This document shows positions 1 through 11,976 of a stretch of DNA of 64,000 bases, piece after piece; the stretch's first letter is position 1, and each line of letters begins with the position of its first letter. The position numbers and the translations under genes were made by a program. A model generated the notes under the pieces. That model was not told the origin of the DNA. It searched no databases and saw nothing but the letters and a program-made list of their open reading frames with translations. The stretch covers positions 1-64,000 of the forward strand of contig RSEE01000085.1 of NCBI GenBank assembly GCA_003971905.1. Reading direction: 5' to 3'. Source of the DNA: Moniliella sp. 'wahieum' (taxonomy: Eukaryota).

Positions 1-767
1 CAAAGAAGGGGAGCACGGGAGCGAGATACAGACGATGGCAGCTGCACTCCATCGAGTTGATGAAGGATGGACAAAAGGTAGGCAAAACTGTTCGTTGAAA
101 CGCTTCATTGTCTTCCTTGCGCTTAGCCGACGCCCGATCCTCGTCGGCACGGAGCTCAGTGTAGCATCCAGGTGTCTCGCAGCGAAAGTCGTTGGTGTTG
201 GGGTCGAAAAGACGCGCAGCATCAAACGAGGTAAATTTGGCTCCGCATTGGGGACAAATGTACCCCCTGGTAGTTAGGGCGTCGACCGAGGCGGGTAACA
301 GCTTCGATCGATTTGTACATTTCTCCAATCCGCCACTTGATGGCGAGGAATGCAAAATGCGGATCAAACAGGTAGTAGTACCTCCGTTGCGGTCGCATCC
401 GGGCTGGTACGGATCCCTTTCGATCACGATGGTTGGATTGGGCGTGCCGGCAGGGACCTCGGAGCGGCCGTCCTCGGCAATAAGTTGGTCATCGAGCAAC
501 TTTTTGGCCACAACCTTGAGATCTTTTGGTTGTCACGCCCAACCGGCCCGCCAACAGGTCGACGGGGATCACGCGAAACCGCATGACCTGGTCCAGGACC
601 ATGACTGCAGCATCGTCATAAAACATGCGCGCAATGACCTGGAGCAGGTGCTGGATCTTGTCCACCTCTTCTGGCGTGGCGGGCGTACGTGCCGGCCCGG
701 TGGCGGTTGGGCCGCCCGATCCAGGGCCGCGGTGGGCTGCCAGGCCAGCAGCAGAAACGGCAGCCAT
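1..767 (-). CDS. TFA1: Transcription initiation factor TFIIE alpha subunit (3' end runs off window; frameshifted)
   Basis: N-terminal winged-helix segment LLQVIARMFYDDAAVMVLDQ; a downstream minus frame reads GYICPQCGAKFTSFDAARLFDPNTNDFRCETPGCYTEL, the TFIIE-alpha zinc ribbon. ATG at 767. Confidence 0.85.
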
Positions 768-1056
768 CGCAGCTGGGCGACCACACAAGGCAAGGCGATA
801 GAGAGTAGGCGACGGCCTCAACGGGTAGGTTGGTGGTGATGGTGGTGGTCGAGCCACGAGATCGCTCCGCATTGGATAGGATGCCTGGTTCCGCCGAAGC
901 GCACCAGAGGGCACGCCGCTGCCCAACTGAGTGGCCCCGTTCTCAGCGGCGGAAGTGGCTCGCTATTTAACCCATTCCGCCCCCGCCCCCCCGGATCTGC
1001 GGCCGACATCTGAGGCTGGCGGGGCAAGGCAAGGCCGAGCAGGCACCACCACCACC
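768..1056. promoter_or_regulatory. Short bidirectional promoter between TFA1 and TFB4
   Basis: Divergent ATGs ~290 bp apart; TATA-like TATTTAA at ~964-970. Confidence 0.55.
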
Positions 1057-2475
1057 ATGTCCACCAACGAGCTGCGGGCCGACGGAGGTGGCGGTGGCGG
1101 GGCTGCGTCTGCGCCGGTCCCCAGTGCTGCCGGCACGGGCTTGCGGCGCCATGTGCCCGACCTGCTTGTGGTGGTGATTGACTGCAGCCTGCTGGGCTGG
1201 TCCTCGGTCGCGCACACGCGCACAGCCACCGCCGCTTCCGTCGCGACCGCGTCCGGGGAGAGTGCGGCGGATGCGTTGGAGCAGGCGCTGGCGGACGTGC
1301 TTGTGTTCCTCAATGCGCATGTCGCCATGCAGAGCGACAATGCGGTGGCCGTGTATGGATCGGTGGGGTCCGAGGCGCGCTTGCTCTACTCGACGGCGGG
1401 GGGGCTGGGTGCCGGGGGCGGGCAGGGCGCCGATGAGGCCGGGGACAGCGACGAGGATCTGGACCAGGACCAGGACCGGTCGGGACAGGAGCGGCGGGGG
1501 GAACGAGCTCGTCCGGATGCCAACACCTTCCAAGACTTTACCACGCTCGACTCGCAAGTCTTTTTGGTGTCCGCCGTCTCATCCGTCACGCCGTCAAGGC
1601 GTTCGCATCGGCGCCTGCCGAGCCCGCTGACAACGCTACGTCGCAACATCGCCAAACGGGGCTGGTCCGTGCCCTGTCGCAGTCGCTCTGCCTGATCAAT
1701 CGCTTGGGCGCCGCCGATCCCACCTCCACCTCAGCGGGAAAAGTGGGCGCGGCGGCCACCTCCTCGGCTGGAACCGGCGCCAATGGGTCGGGGGCCTCAG
1801 GCCGGGCCGGCTTCCGACCCAAGTTGCTAATCCTATCCGTTACCGGCGATACGTCCGAACAGTATGTGGCCATGATGAACTGTGTTTTTGCCGCGCAAAA
1901 GACCGGGGTACCCATCTCGGTGCTCAAGCTACATGGGCCCGACTCGGTCTTTCTCCAACAAGCGTCCTACCTCACGGGGGGCATCTATCTTCGTGTTGAT
2001 CTGGCCCGCTCGGCGGAAGGTTTGGCGTGTCTTGCTCTTCCTTCGGGGTCGAAGAAGGAGGCTGAAGAAAAGGTGTCCAAGCGACGCAAAGTTGATCCCA
2101 CTACGCCTACAGGCACGGGTGGCTTAGTCCAAGTTCTCTTCTCTGCATTTTTGCCATTACCCGGTGGCAGCGCCGCCACCTCGTCCGCCTCTCTCGTCCG
2201 GCCTGGTGAGTCTGGCGGTGGCAGCTCGGGAGCGGGCGCGGCATTGCTTCGCACCCCGGCTCGGACGCTGTTGATTTCGCGCTGCGTGTTTTTGTCATCA
2301 CCAGACCGTGTCGGTGGGCTACGTTTGCTCGGTTTGCCTCAGCATCTTTTGTCACCCCAAAAAGCAATGCGACACGTGTCGCTCCGTCTTTCCTTCCGCT
2401 ACCATTGACCGACTGGCGCAACAACGACAGTTGTTCGTACAAGCAGGTCTGGCGGAGGACATGCCTGTCGATTGA
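1057..2475 (+). CDS. TFB4: TFIIH subunit Tfb4/p34 (frameshifted)
   Basis: vWA-like DLLVVVID...VLVFLNAH, QYVAMMNCVFAAQK, SVFLQQASYLTGGIY, and C-terminal C4 zinc region CFCHHQTVSVGYVCSVCLSIFCHPKKQCDTC; stop TGA 2473-2475. Confidence 0.92.
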
Positions 2476-3213
2476 TCCAGCCCCTGCCATCTTCTGTACA
2501 TTTCGTAATCCAATCATCCACATCCAGCCCGAATCCCCCCCCCCCCCCCCGTGCCCTTTCGCTGAGCACCACGACTACCCTCATCACGTAGTAGTGCTAA
2601 CCCAAAATTGTTCGCAGCTGGTATACAGCCATGGCAATGGGGTTCAGACGTGCAGGCCACAGGAAGTAGAGGGCATGGCGCAGGCCACGCGAAGTAGGAG
2701 GCATGGCGCAGACCAATGCAGCTACGCTTCCAGAGTCGCTCGAGGCGGACTAACCGTGGCAAGGGGAGTGTCCCTCACTCACTGGTGAGCAAGCAAGGAC
2801 TGCTACAGGGGGGGAGGGAGAAACGTCTGACTGAGGTAGAGGGCAGAGAGCTTACGTAGGGGTCGGGTCAAGGCAACCAACGAGGGTGAACGTTGAACTT
2901 GAACACATCAATAGAATCAAGCGGACGAAATACAGGTTACAAACACGTCCCTCCCTCTCTCCCACCAAAAAAACCCTCCCGTTGGTGCGGGAGAGGGTGT
3001 CGGGGAAGATCAAGTCCGAACGGAACAGGCCAGACAAATCTCGACGCGAGCAGGAAAGACGGAAAGACAGCAGCAGTACAGTGCGCGGGAAGAGGGAAGA
3101 AGAGGGAAGAGGGAAGAGGGCAAAAAACACAGCCAGAGTAGAATACAGTCCCCTCCACGCCTATAGGGACAGGCTTGCACACAAGGCCCGTCTCAACAAC
3201 CAACCGATGCGGG

Positions 3214-5104
3214 TCAAGCAAACCAGTGCTGCAGGTTGGCCACGCCCGCTTGCACCGCCGTGATCGCCGCGGCCCATTGGTCCGGGGGGATGAATCCGGA
3301 CGCAGCGGCAGCGGCCGTGGCCGCCGCCGTGGCGGCGACACCCAACCCGGCCACGCCGGCAGCCGAAGCGACCGGGTGTTGCCGCAGCAGCGCACGCACC
3401 CGCGCCGTGCCAGCCAGCCTACGTGGAGCGGGCACCACAGCCGTCTCGGACCCTGCCACGGGGTGCTGGGGCGCGGACTTGGCGGCTAAGCGGGCTGCGC
3501 TTCCTTCCTAACCCGCTGGGCCTCCTTTTGGGCCCGGGTCACGGCCCGCGGTTGCGGTTCCTCCTCTTGCTCCGACGGGTCTTGCGCCGGTTCCGCTGCC
3601 CGACGCTTGGCCCTGGACTTGGCCTTGGAGTTGGTCTTGGTCTTGCCCGTGCTCGTGCTCGTGGAGGCAGCATCGGCCTGGATGGCCATGGCCTCCTGGC
3701 GTGCCGCTTCCCGAGCTGCCTCGTGGTCGGTAACCAGCACATGCTCCTCGTCGTGCCCAGTGCCGCCAAGGTGAGTAGGACGGGAACGCTTGCCGCCTCG
3801 CGCGGTTCCTTGGTCTTCCTCTTCTGCTTCCGTCACAATCTCCTCTTGTTCTACCCGGTCGCCTCTGCCTCGAGCAACATGCGTTCCTGGGCCGCACGGG
3901 CCTTGAGCTCGCGTGCCTCGCGCTCCGTTTCAAGGTTGGTCCAGAGAAAGTTGCGTTCCTTGGAGCCGAGTTTGGCGCCGCTCGCCGCCGCGCATGGACG
4001 GCCATCCGAATCCAAAAAGTAGGGCTTACCATCAACGATGGCTGCGCGGGCGGTGACGAGGGCGAGGGTTGTAGCGCGCCAGACCATACTCCTCTGCCAA
4101 CTGCTGGGCATCACTCGAAGGCACCCAGACGCCTTGGAGCATCACTCCGCTCGAGCCGGGAGGGAGGACGTAGTGGACAGTGTTGTCGGGGCGCGGGTGC
4201 TCACACGCCCGCCATTGGCCGCGTGGCAGTCGTACGAGCCAAGGAGGTGGGCCATCTCGGACGCCTCTTCCTCCGGCGTGGCATAAGGAAAGGCAATCTT
4301 AAACATGGACGCTGCTGCGAGCGCATCCGTGTCGAAGCGTTTGAGCAAAAATCCATGCGTTGACCCATTGACCATTGGCAACTTGACACGGCCAATCACG
4401 ATCTCCTTCAATTCCACATCGCCATCGGGCGACGGAACCTCTCGTTGGATCACCTGCAGCTTGACCTGGACCGGTCCGGTGGCAGAAGGGGGTTGCGCTC
4501 ACTAGGAAGCGGAGGATACCGTGAAGGCTGAGCGACCTGCGCGTCGGAATGAGACGCAGGCGCGAGGTCAGCCTCAGCTTCCGGTTCCGGCTCCGGTTCC
4601 GGGTTGAGTTGAGGTTTGGGCTCTTGCTCCGCCTGCGATGCGGCGCCCAGCAAGGGAGAGGCAGGGGTGGGGGGTCGCGTCGCGATCCTCGGGGGGGGGA
4701 GAGCGATTGGCAGAAGCGCGAGTGCGAGTGCGCGTGGAGCGCGTGGAGCGCGTGGAACGCGTCGAGCGCGTCGAGCGCGGGGGTCTTGGGTTTGGTTCGG
4801 GTGCCGGGGCCGGTTAGCGGGGGCGATGCGGCTGCCGACGCGGAAGCACGCGTAGAGGCACGGGTAGGCCGTGGGGTGCGCGGCTTGGGCGTGCGCGGCT
4901 TGGGCGCGGAAGCACGGGACGCGTGGGACGCTTCGCTGGCGTTGTCGGAGAGGACGCTGACGCTGCGGGAGCGGGGGAGGGGGGAGGGAGGGGGGGGGGG
5001 GAAGGGGAAGGGGAAGGGGCAGGGGAGGGGGGGGCGGGGGGCGGAGAGGGAGGCGCGGGCGGGGTGGGTGGGGGTGGAGGTGGCAGGGCGTTTGGCGGCG
5101 GCAT
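3214..5104 (-). CDS. KilA-N/APSES-domain, C-terminally tail-anchored protein (Bqt4-like inner nuclear membrane protein)
   Basis: EIVIGRVKLP..HGFLLKRFDTDALAAASMFKIAFPYATPEEEASEM and LQGVWVPSSDAQQLAEEYGL are KilA-N motifs; coiled coil ETEREARELKARAAQERMLLE; hydrophobic tail ASAAGVAGLGVAATAAATAAAAASGF...HWFA* ending at 3214. Start codon uncertain. Confidence 0.7.
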
Positions 5105-5379
5105 GGCTGCGGGCGGTGGCGGTGACGGGCGCGAGGGTGGTGGGGAGCGGGCGGGAGGATGGGGCGGCGGCGACACGTGCAGTGGTGCAATTGGCAAGGG
5201 CGCAGGCGGGCGATGGGATAAGGCCTACCTAGCCTAACTAAGCCTAAGGGCTGCTGGTTGCTGGTCGCGACGCGCCTGCCGCCCCACACTCGCCCCGTGC
5301 GCGCGCAACCCTACTGCAATTACATAATGTGTGTCGCTCTGCCAGGGCAGGGGCAGTGTACTCATAACCCTAAGGCTGT

Positions 5380-8300
5380 TCATTCGCCCCCCTCTTTGGG
5401 GACAGCGGCCCAGAGGGCGTCGAGGCGTCGCAGCTCGGCCTGGACGGCGGCTGCGCGCTGGGCGTTGCGCCACGACAGGAGCGACGGCACGGGTGGTGCG
5501 TCAGCGCCCAGCGCACCCGCACACACCACCAGCCGCGCACGCGTCGCCTCCGCCTCCGGCCGCGCCACCCGCAGCCGCGCCGGCACCTCAGCCCCCGACG
5601 CCGTGTGCGCGCCGGCGGGTGCAGCAGCTGGCACGGCACCGACAGCTGCTCGGCCCAGACGCGCGCAGAGAAACAGACGCGCTGAGGAAGCGTCAAACGC
5701 GGTAAACAGCATCGGATGGTTCCAGATGCTGGGCGCTTCCGACGGATAAAGTGCGGGGTGGAGCTCGAGGTAGAGGTGGCGGTGGCGCTGGCAGTGGCGG
5801 TCGAGGCGGCGGGGTAAACGTGGGCGTGGAATTGGAATGGATTGGAATTGGAATTAGGCGTGGCCGTGGAGGTGGACGTGGACAGCGAGGTGGCAGCGGC
5901 GCTGCGTGGGCTGCCAGTGGTCGAGCGCCCGTGACGTCCGGCGCGCCGCATGGCCAGCGCGATCATCGCCACCAGTCCTGTGCTCATATCAATCGTCATC
6001 CTCCGCTCGGACGGCGTGGTAATCCCGGACCAATCCTCGGCTGGCCGGACGGCCGGCATGGCATCCAGCACATCGATCAGATGGAAGTGCCCAAGGTGGA
6101 ATGGAGCACGAGGTAGTAAAGCATCATCTGAATGTCCTCGTCCAGCAACGGAAACGCGCCGATGGACGCTTGCACCAGCTGGCCAAACGTGCTAAAGTGA
6201 CGACGAACAATGTCCACTGCCAACGCGGCCGCGGTGCGAACCATCGTTGCCGGCGCCGTGTCCGAGTGCACCAGCTCTTGCAACACCGACACTTGCCGCC
6301 ACAGGTAAATCTTGAGCGCATTGGCCCAATGCAAACTCTGCATCAAGTCGTCCCCGCCCGTCAGCGCCACCGCCTTGGCGCGCGCAAGCGAACCGAGGCC
6401 TCGGTCCGCTTCCCTTGCTCGTCCGTCGGCAGAAAGAAGGAAGCAGCAGCAGCACCAGTACCAGTACCAGTGTCAGTACCAGTCCCAGTACCAGTGCCAG
6501 TACCAGAACCAGTAGTCGCAGGAGGTGATCGGGATGAAACTGGGGATGGCGCGCGCCCAGTCCGGCCAACTCTTGGTTCAACTCTTGGACCAAGGAAGCG
6601 CTGCTGGACGTGGCGGACTGGACAAAGCCAATCTGGGGCGCATGGGTGTTAAAGTGCTGGAGGCCCTGGTGGCGCGCAGCGAGGTTGATGCACTGCTCGG
6701 CAAAGGCCATCGACATGAACGGTTGTTCGCGGTGCGACATGGCAAATCCCGAATCGAGAATCAACGTGAAGAAGGACATGGCTTCCAGCAAGCCAAGCAG
6801 GGTAGGTGTCAAGCTGGACGGCAGGCCTGCCTTGGTCTGTGGGGGGGGGAAGCGAGCAGGCGCGCGGGTGGGGGACCAAGGGTGCCTGCCCGCGCCCGTG
6901 CCCGCGCCCGGATCGGACGACAGGGCCAAACACACCTTGCGCGCGCGAACCACCAGTTGCTCCATCAGTTTCACTCCGCGGCCGCGGCAAAACGACAATC
7001 TTGTGCTGCTCGGTCGGACAGGTACTCGTCCTCTTCCGCCTCGTTGGCGGCCGGCGCAGTGGGAGGCTCCGAGCCGGCCTCCTTGGCACGGCTGGCCACA
7101 CTCGCATTAAAGGGGGAGGAATGGAGGAGAAGAGCATCAGGGCAAAGGCACACGGAAGAGGGGGCGGAAACGAGGGAGCCGAGTAGGTCCCTGGCCCGCT
7201 TCCAGGTGGCGCGCTGAGCAAGGAGGTGCAACGGAGCAAGGCCGGAGAAGGCATGGTGGCACTGGTCAAGTACTGTGTCCCAAACGCAGTCAACACTGCC
7301 TTGACCGCCTCGTTAATCTCGTTCTGCGTCCACAGTGCGGTGTCAGTACCTGGTCCACTCACTTCTCAACATGACAACAACAACAAGAAAAATGCACCAA
7401 CGTACCCATGTTCGCCACCGGGCCCGCTGGGCCCAAGTGCTCGAGATGTTGCGTCCTGTTTGAGCGGGATCGAGATCCGTCTCAAATGCTGCATCGAGCA
7501 AGGTAACAACAAAAACCAAGTTGGGAGTCGCGCCTGGGGTGGAACTGTCGGTGCCCTCAGCGTCAGCCAAGCCAATGCCCAGGCTGCTGCCTGAGCTCGT
7601 CCACTCTGCCCAACTAGCCCGGGCGTCCCTGAGAATCAAGGAGCCGACGTACGCTGTTGGGTGCCAAGCCATCGTCATGGGCGTCTCGTGTTGATGCGCT
7701 GGATCCGGTCGCTTCGGACCGAGGCGAGGAAGAAGCTTGGCTGGGACGCTGGGCCTGCGAGAAGCAACCGGCGCTGGATCTCGTCAACCGAAAACACTGG
7801 CGTGGCAGAGGAGAGTTCATGGGACAGCCAGAGAGTCATTGGGCCTTCCATGATGGACGAGTAGAGTGAAAGGGTACGGCTGATGAGAGTGGCAGACATA
7901 GTGCTCGGTTGATGGAAGCAATGGTGCGCGAGGTACCGGGGATGGAAGACAGAGCCTCGAGCTGTTCAAATAACGACACGGACGGCCGTCGCGCATCCCA
8001 TTCGTCCTGTTGAGAGAGCACGGGGTAGTCCCTTGCTCCTCCTCCCCTTCTTCCGCCTTGATCATCCTGCCTGCGGAGGGGTTCAGGGTCGAGCAGCACG
8101 CTCGGCATAGCCTCCGATGCGTACCCAGACCCCAACCCGCTGCCCGTCCCCGTCCATCCGCTGGCGGGGCACGGGGAAAGCCAGCAGCGCGCCGACGCTT
8201 GACAGACGTACCGGGTCCGGAATGGGGGCCGGACGAGGCGGTACCCATGCAACGGACAAGGACGAGGAGAGGGCGGCGAGGCGGGCTTGGGCGGTGGCAG

Positions 8301-8806
8301 AGAGCGCGCCATGGGGTCGAAAGTGGCCGTTGGCAGACTTGATGAGATGGACCTCATGGGTGGTGCACTCAATGCCACGTCGCCGACAGGTGGAACACTT
8401 GATCAATGGCTTGACTGTCACGCCAATGTCATTGTACGTCACATTGACCTGCAGGTCGCACCCTTTCTTACTCGCCCGGCACGCATCGCACGCTGAATTC
8501 TGCCTGCGGCCCGTGCGGCTCTTGAGCTTGCTCCCGCGCACCGCCTTGACTGCGCCGGGGGAACGGATGAGCGGGTCAGGCCCCAAGGGGATGGGTGAAC
8601 TGGTTAGGATCACTGGACGGGGGAGGGGGATGGCGGGCGCAGGAGAGAGAGAAAACTTGCGGCAGCCGTGTCGGTGGGATGCTGCTGCTGCTGCAAGGCG
8701 GGAGGAGCGTCCCAGGCTTGTGGCCAGGCGTGGAGGGCGGAAGCAGGGGGTCCGGCGGGACATGCATCTGGGAAGCAGGAAGGGGGAGGCGAACGAGCTG
8801 CTCCAT
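5380..8806 (-). CDS. Zn(II)2Cys6 transcription factor, AlcR-like (frameshifted, at least one intron ~7350-7405)
   Basis: RRQNSACDACRASKKGCD-x19-CSTCRRRGIECT at ~8365-8510, followed by helical fungal TF body segments (LLEAMSFFTLILDSGFAMS; LHWANALKIYLWRQV; MLYYLVLHSTLG). Ends approximate. Confidence 0.8.
6455..6513 (+). repeat. Imperfect (CCAGTA)n hexamer repeat inside the Zn2Cys6 gene
   Basis: ccagtaccagtaccagtgtcagtaccagtcccagtaccagtgccagtaccagaaccag. Confidence 0.8.
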
Positions 8807-10930
8807 TGTGGCTCGTGGGCGGTAGGGTGCTGGTGCGAGGAGGAGGAGGAGGAGGAGGGTGGCGGGTGCGACGGGACCGATGCCGTCAGCGCGAGGGCAG
8901 AGGGGAGGGTTCGGGGGCGGGGGGGGGGGGAGAGGTGTGGGTGTGGGGCCCGCGGGTGGGGCCGGATGACTAGCGGGATAGACAGTGGACGAGGTGCTGG
9001 TGTGAGGAAGAGGCGGGAACACGCATAGGGGTCGTTGTGGATCGGCGGCTGACATAGGGAAGAGGCGGTTGTGCGGGTGGTGAGGGGGAAGACGAAGATG
9101 GCGGCGGGGCGGATGCGGATGCGGGGGCGTGTGCGGGGACGTGTGTGGGATGGAGGGCAGAGGGAGCAAGAGGCGGTGCGGGGTGGGAGAGGGCAGCGAG
9201 GAGGTCGAAGGGGGCGGGGGCGGGGAAGGAGGCGGCGGCAGCGTTGGCAGGAGGGAAGGCGTCCAGCTGGTCGGCGGGCCAAGGAGGGATGGGCAGCGCA
9301 GCGTCGGACGTGGTGGGCAGCGGCGGCCACATGGCGGAGGAGGCACAGGCAAGCGTTGGGAGGGGGGAGTAGTAATGAGTAGGGGCGGAGGGAGTAGTGA
9401 GTAGGGCGGCGGGAGTAGTGGCTAGTGTGTGGAGAATAGTGCGTAGCAAGTGGTTGTGCCGAGTAGCGTGGACTGAGTCCTACAAGCGTACTGAGATGGA
9501 GCAGACGACGCCAGAAGCCGGTGGTGGCAACGGGCCAATGCTCCTCTTCGCTGCGTTCGCTTCAACATTCAATCGCTGCTGCAACTTTCAAACCCCCCGC
9601 GCAGAAATTTGAAACAGCATGCCTTGTCGTCCACCGCACAGCCCACACGCCATCACGCGCTCATCACCCGTCTGCGACGCATCTGTGACTAAGCCGTAGC
9701 TCCTCCCAATCCACGCCAGCTTGCGCAATCAAACGGTGGCAAACCAACGCTTCCTACGTTACGCTTCAATACCAAATCACGCTGCGCCATTATGGAACGG
9801 TGCCGAAAGTGGCGATGGTGGAACGCCATCTCCCGTGCTTTCCAGCGGAGGAAGGCTGTGGGGTGAAGCCCACACCTTCAATACACACGGACCGTAAAAG
9901 CATCACAAGGGTACGCAGACCAGGCCGTAAGCCCGGTGGTCCCCTAGTTCTATACGATGAGCTTTTTGCCGAGTTGAATTGCAACTCAAGGTGGCCGTTT
10001 TCGTCCGCACGATCATCCTCGTCCGCCATATCTTCTCCTGTGCAGGCCCATCCATGGACCCGGCGGTCCTGGTCGTCTCGCGCAGCGCGCTAGCAGATGC
10101 ATCAGGCCAGTCAGGTGTTGAGCATTACTATGTTGACATCATCTTCTGTTTGTTCCTCTTCTGGTCCGCCCCCTCGGCCCCATCCCCTCCACTGACCGAA
10201 GGTGCCGCCGGGTCGGATGGGGCTGGCTCGAGATTGGGCTCCAGCGCAGGACTAGATTAGACCACAGCCCGGTCGAAGCATAGTCCGATCCTCCCCTCCA
10301 GCCGTACCGCGGGGGTGATGGACAGCAAGATGAGGTTTGGTCCGCTCCGGTATGTCACGCACCACCTCTTCCTCCTCCTGGTCGCCTGTCTCGGAAGCTG
10401 CGACAAGTGCCAGCGTAGTAGGATTCGAGGTGTCGGCCGCGGTATCATTGAAGCGAATATGGATTCCCGTGTTGGTGCCTTAGAGCGGAAGAGGATAAAG
10501 GGTGATACTGCTGAGGTGCCGTCCGTCGGGAGGGGGTACATAACCAAGCAGACAGTTGTACCAGGTGGTTGACGGAAGGACCGGGTGCTATATGGTGTCC
10601 TCACAGTGGCTGGGTGTGACAGCTTTTTCCCATTGAAGCTTTGCAGTGTAACGTCAGTGGGTCAAGCGCATAAGGTGAGCATCGAGTCGCACGTGCCAGG
10701 AACTTAAGACCATAACGAGTGGCCCATCCGGAGTTTTGTATTGCATCCGGCATGGCGAACGAGTGCAGTGGATCGTCAAAAATATGAGGCTGGATGGGGC
10801 GTCACTTGGCTTGGTATGCAAGGGCATACACGTATTCATAAGCAGCGCCACCAACACCCACACGCTTGGATACGAGTACCCCTCTCATAGTTCGCCGACC
10901 AACCGTCTACTCGTCAGCGGGGTTACCAGG

Positions 10931-11976
10931 CATGACACCCAGGATCCGCCCAGGCTCTGAGGGGTCAAAGGGGCCTGCTGATGCCGCTCGCGGCAAGGGG
11001 CACACCTCCCCCAGGGTGCTTCAAGAGCGTCAGCGGCAGGCCGCTGTTACCACGACGCACGGACTCCGTCATCGTACCCGCCGGTGGAGGTGGACATGGA
11101 GCAAGACACGAACATGGACGAAGCGGGGGCAGGGTCGGACGACTAGGAAGTTGCAGTGCATGGACGTCTTCGCGCCGTGGCTTCCATTGACATCTCCGCA
11201 CTCGGCCAAACCACTGCGACCCAACGGGTGCTTGCTGCTGAACCATTCCGAGCAGAACACGAATGTTTTGCGGGACATGGCCGACCACATGATGCACACG
11301 AAGAACGATCTGACCAGCACCATGGCTAGTCTGTCAACGACGGTCTATGAGGTGCAGGCACAAACTCATGAAATTAGCCGCCCCCTCGCTGAAATCCAAG
11401 AATGTGTTCGCGCCCTCAACTTAGCCTTCCGTTCAAACCGGGCATGCCACCGGGTCTGGGCAAGATGTGTTCCGTGGCGGAACGCCTGCCAAGTTGGCGT
11501 GGACAATTGCTGAGCCCCGAAATGCACGTCTTTGCAGTCAGGTCTTCCCTCGTTCCCGACAATCAACAGAAGCTCGCCCAGCGGATGGCGGGACTTGTGG
11601 TGACGCAGGACACTATTACGGACGAGACTGAGGCTGGCCGTGTCCGGACCGGTATCTCGACCGACTCGGGCGACTGAAGCGCTCAGCACCGTTCAGTCTT
11701 ACATCCTACGTCTCATTGTCCAAGCGGGCTCGACCCGCTTTTCGTTTCCGAGGTAGCAAAGCGCGTTTCTCGCACGTTTTTGTCGTCAAAGAACAGGTCA
11801 TGAACCGGTTCAAGAGCTGGCGTCAGACCTTGGCTCGTGGCACCGTCAGAGGCGGATTGGGACGCCGCGGACGCAGAGTGGAACGAGATCCGGAACGACG
11901 CGGAGGCTATTGCGAGGCTGAAAACCAGATGGACGCTGAGATGTACGCGGAGGAGAACCTTCCTTCCGGGGACTAG
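10931..11976 (+). pseudogene. Fragmented coiled-coil ORF of unknown origin (possibly a transposon accessory ORF)
   Basis: Overlapping plus-strand frames with heptad-like stretches (NVLRDMADHMMHTKNDLTSTMASLSTTVYEVQAQTHEISRPLAEIQECVRAL; ADWDAADAEWNEIRNDAEAIARL); lies in the TE-rich island; no family recognised. Confidence 0.25.

Noticed and set aside
4549..9449. Long antisense and alternate-frame ORFs (e.g. 8117-9028 +, 4549-5232 +), and similar ones throughout the window
   Set aside because: Shadow ORFs caused by high GC; they overlap recognisable genes on the other strand and have no motifs.
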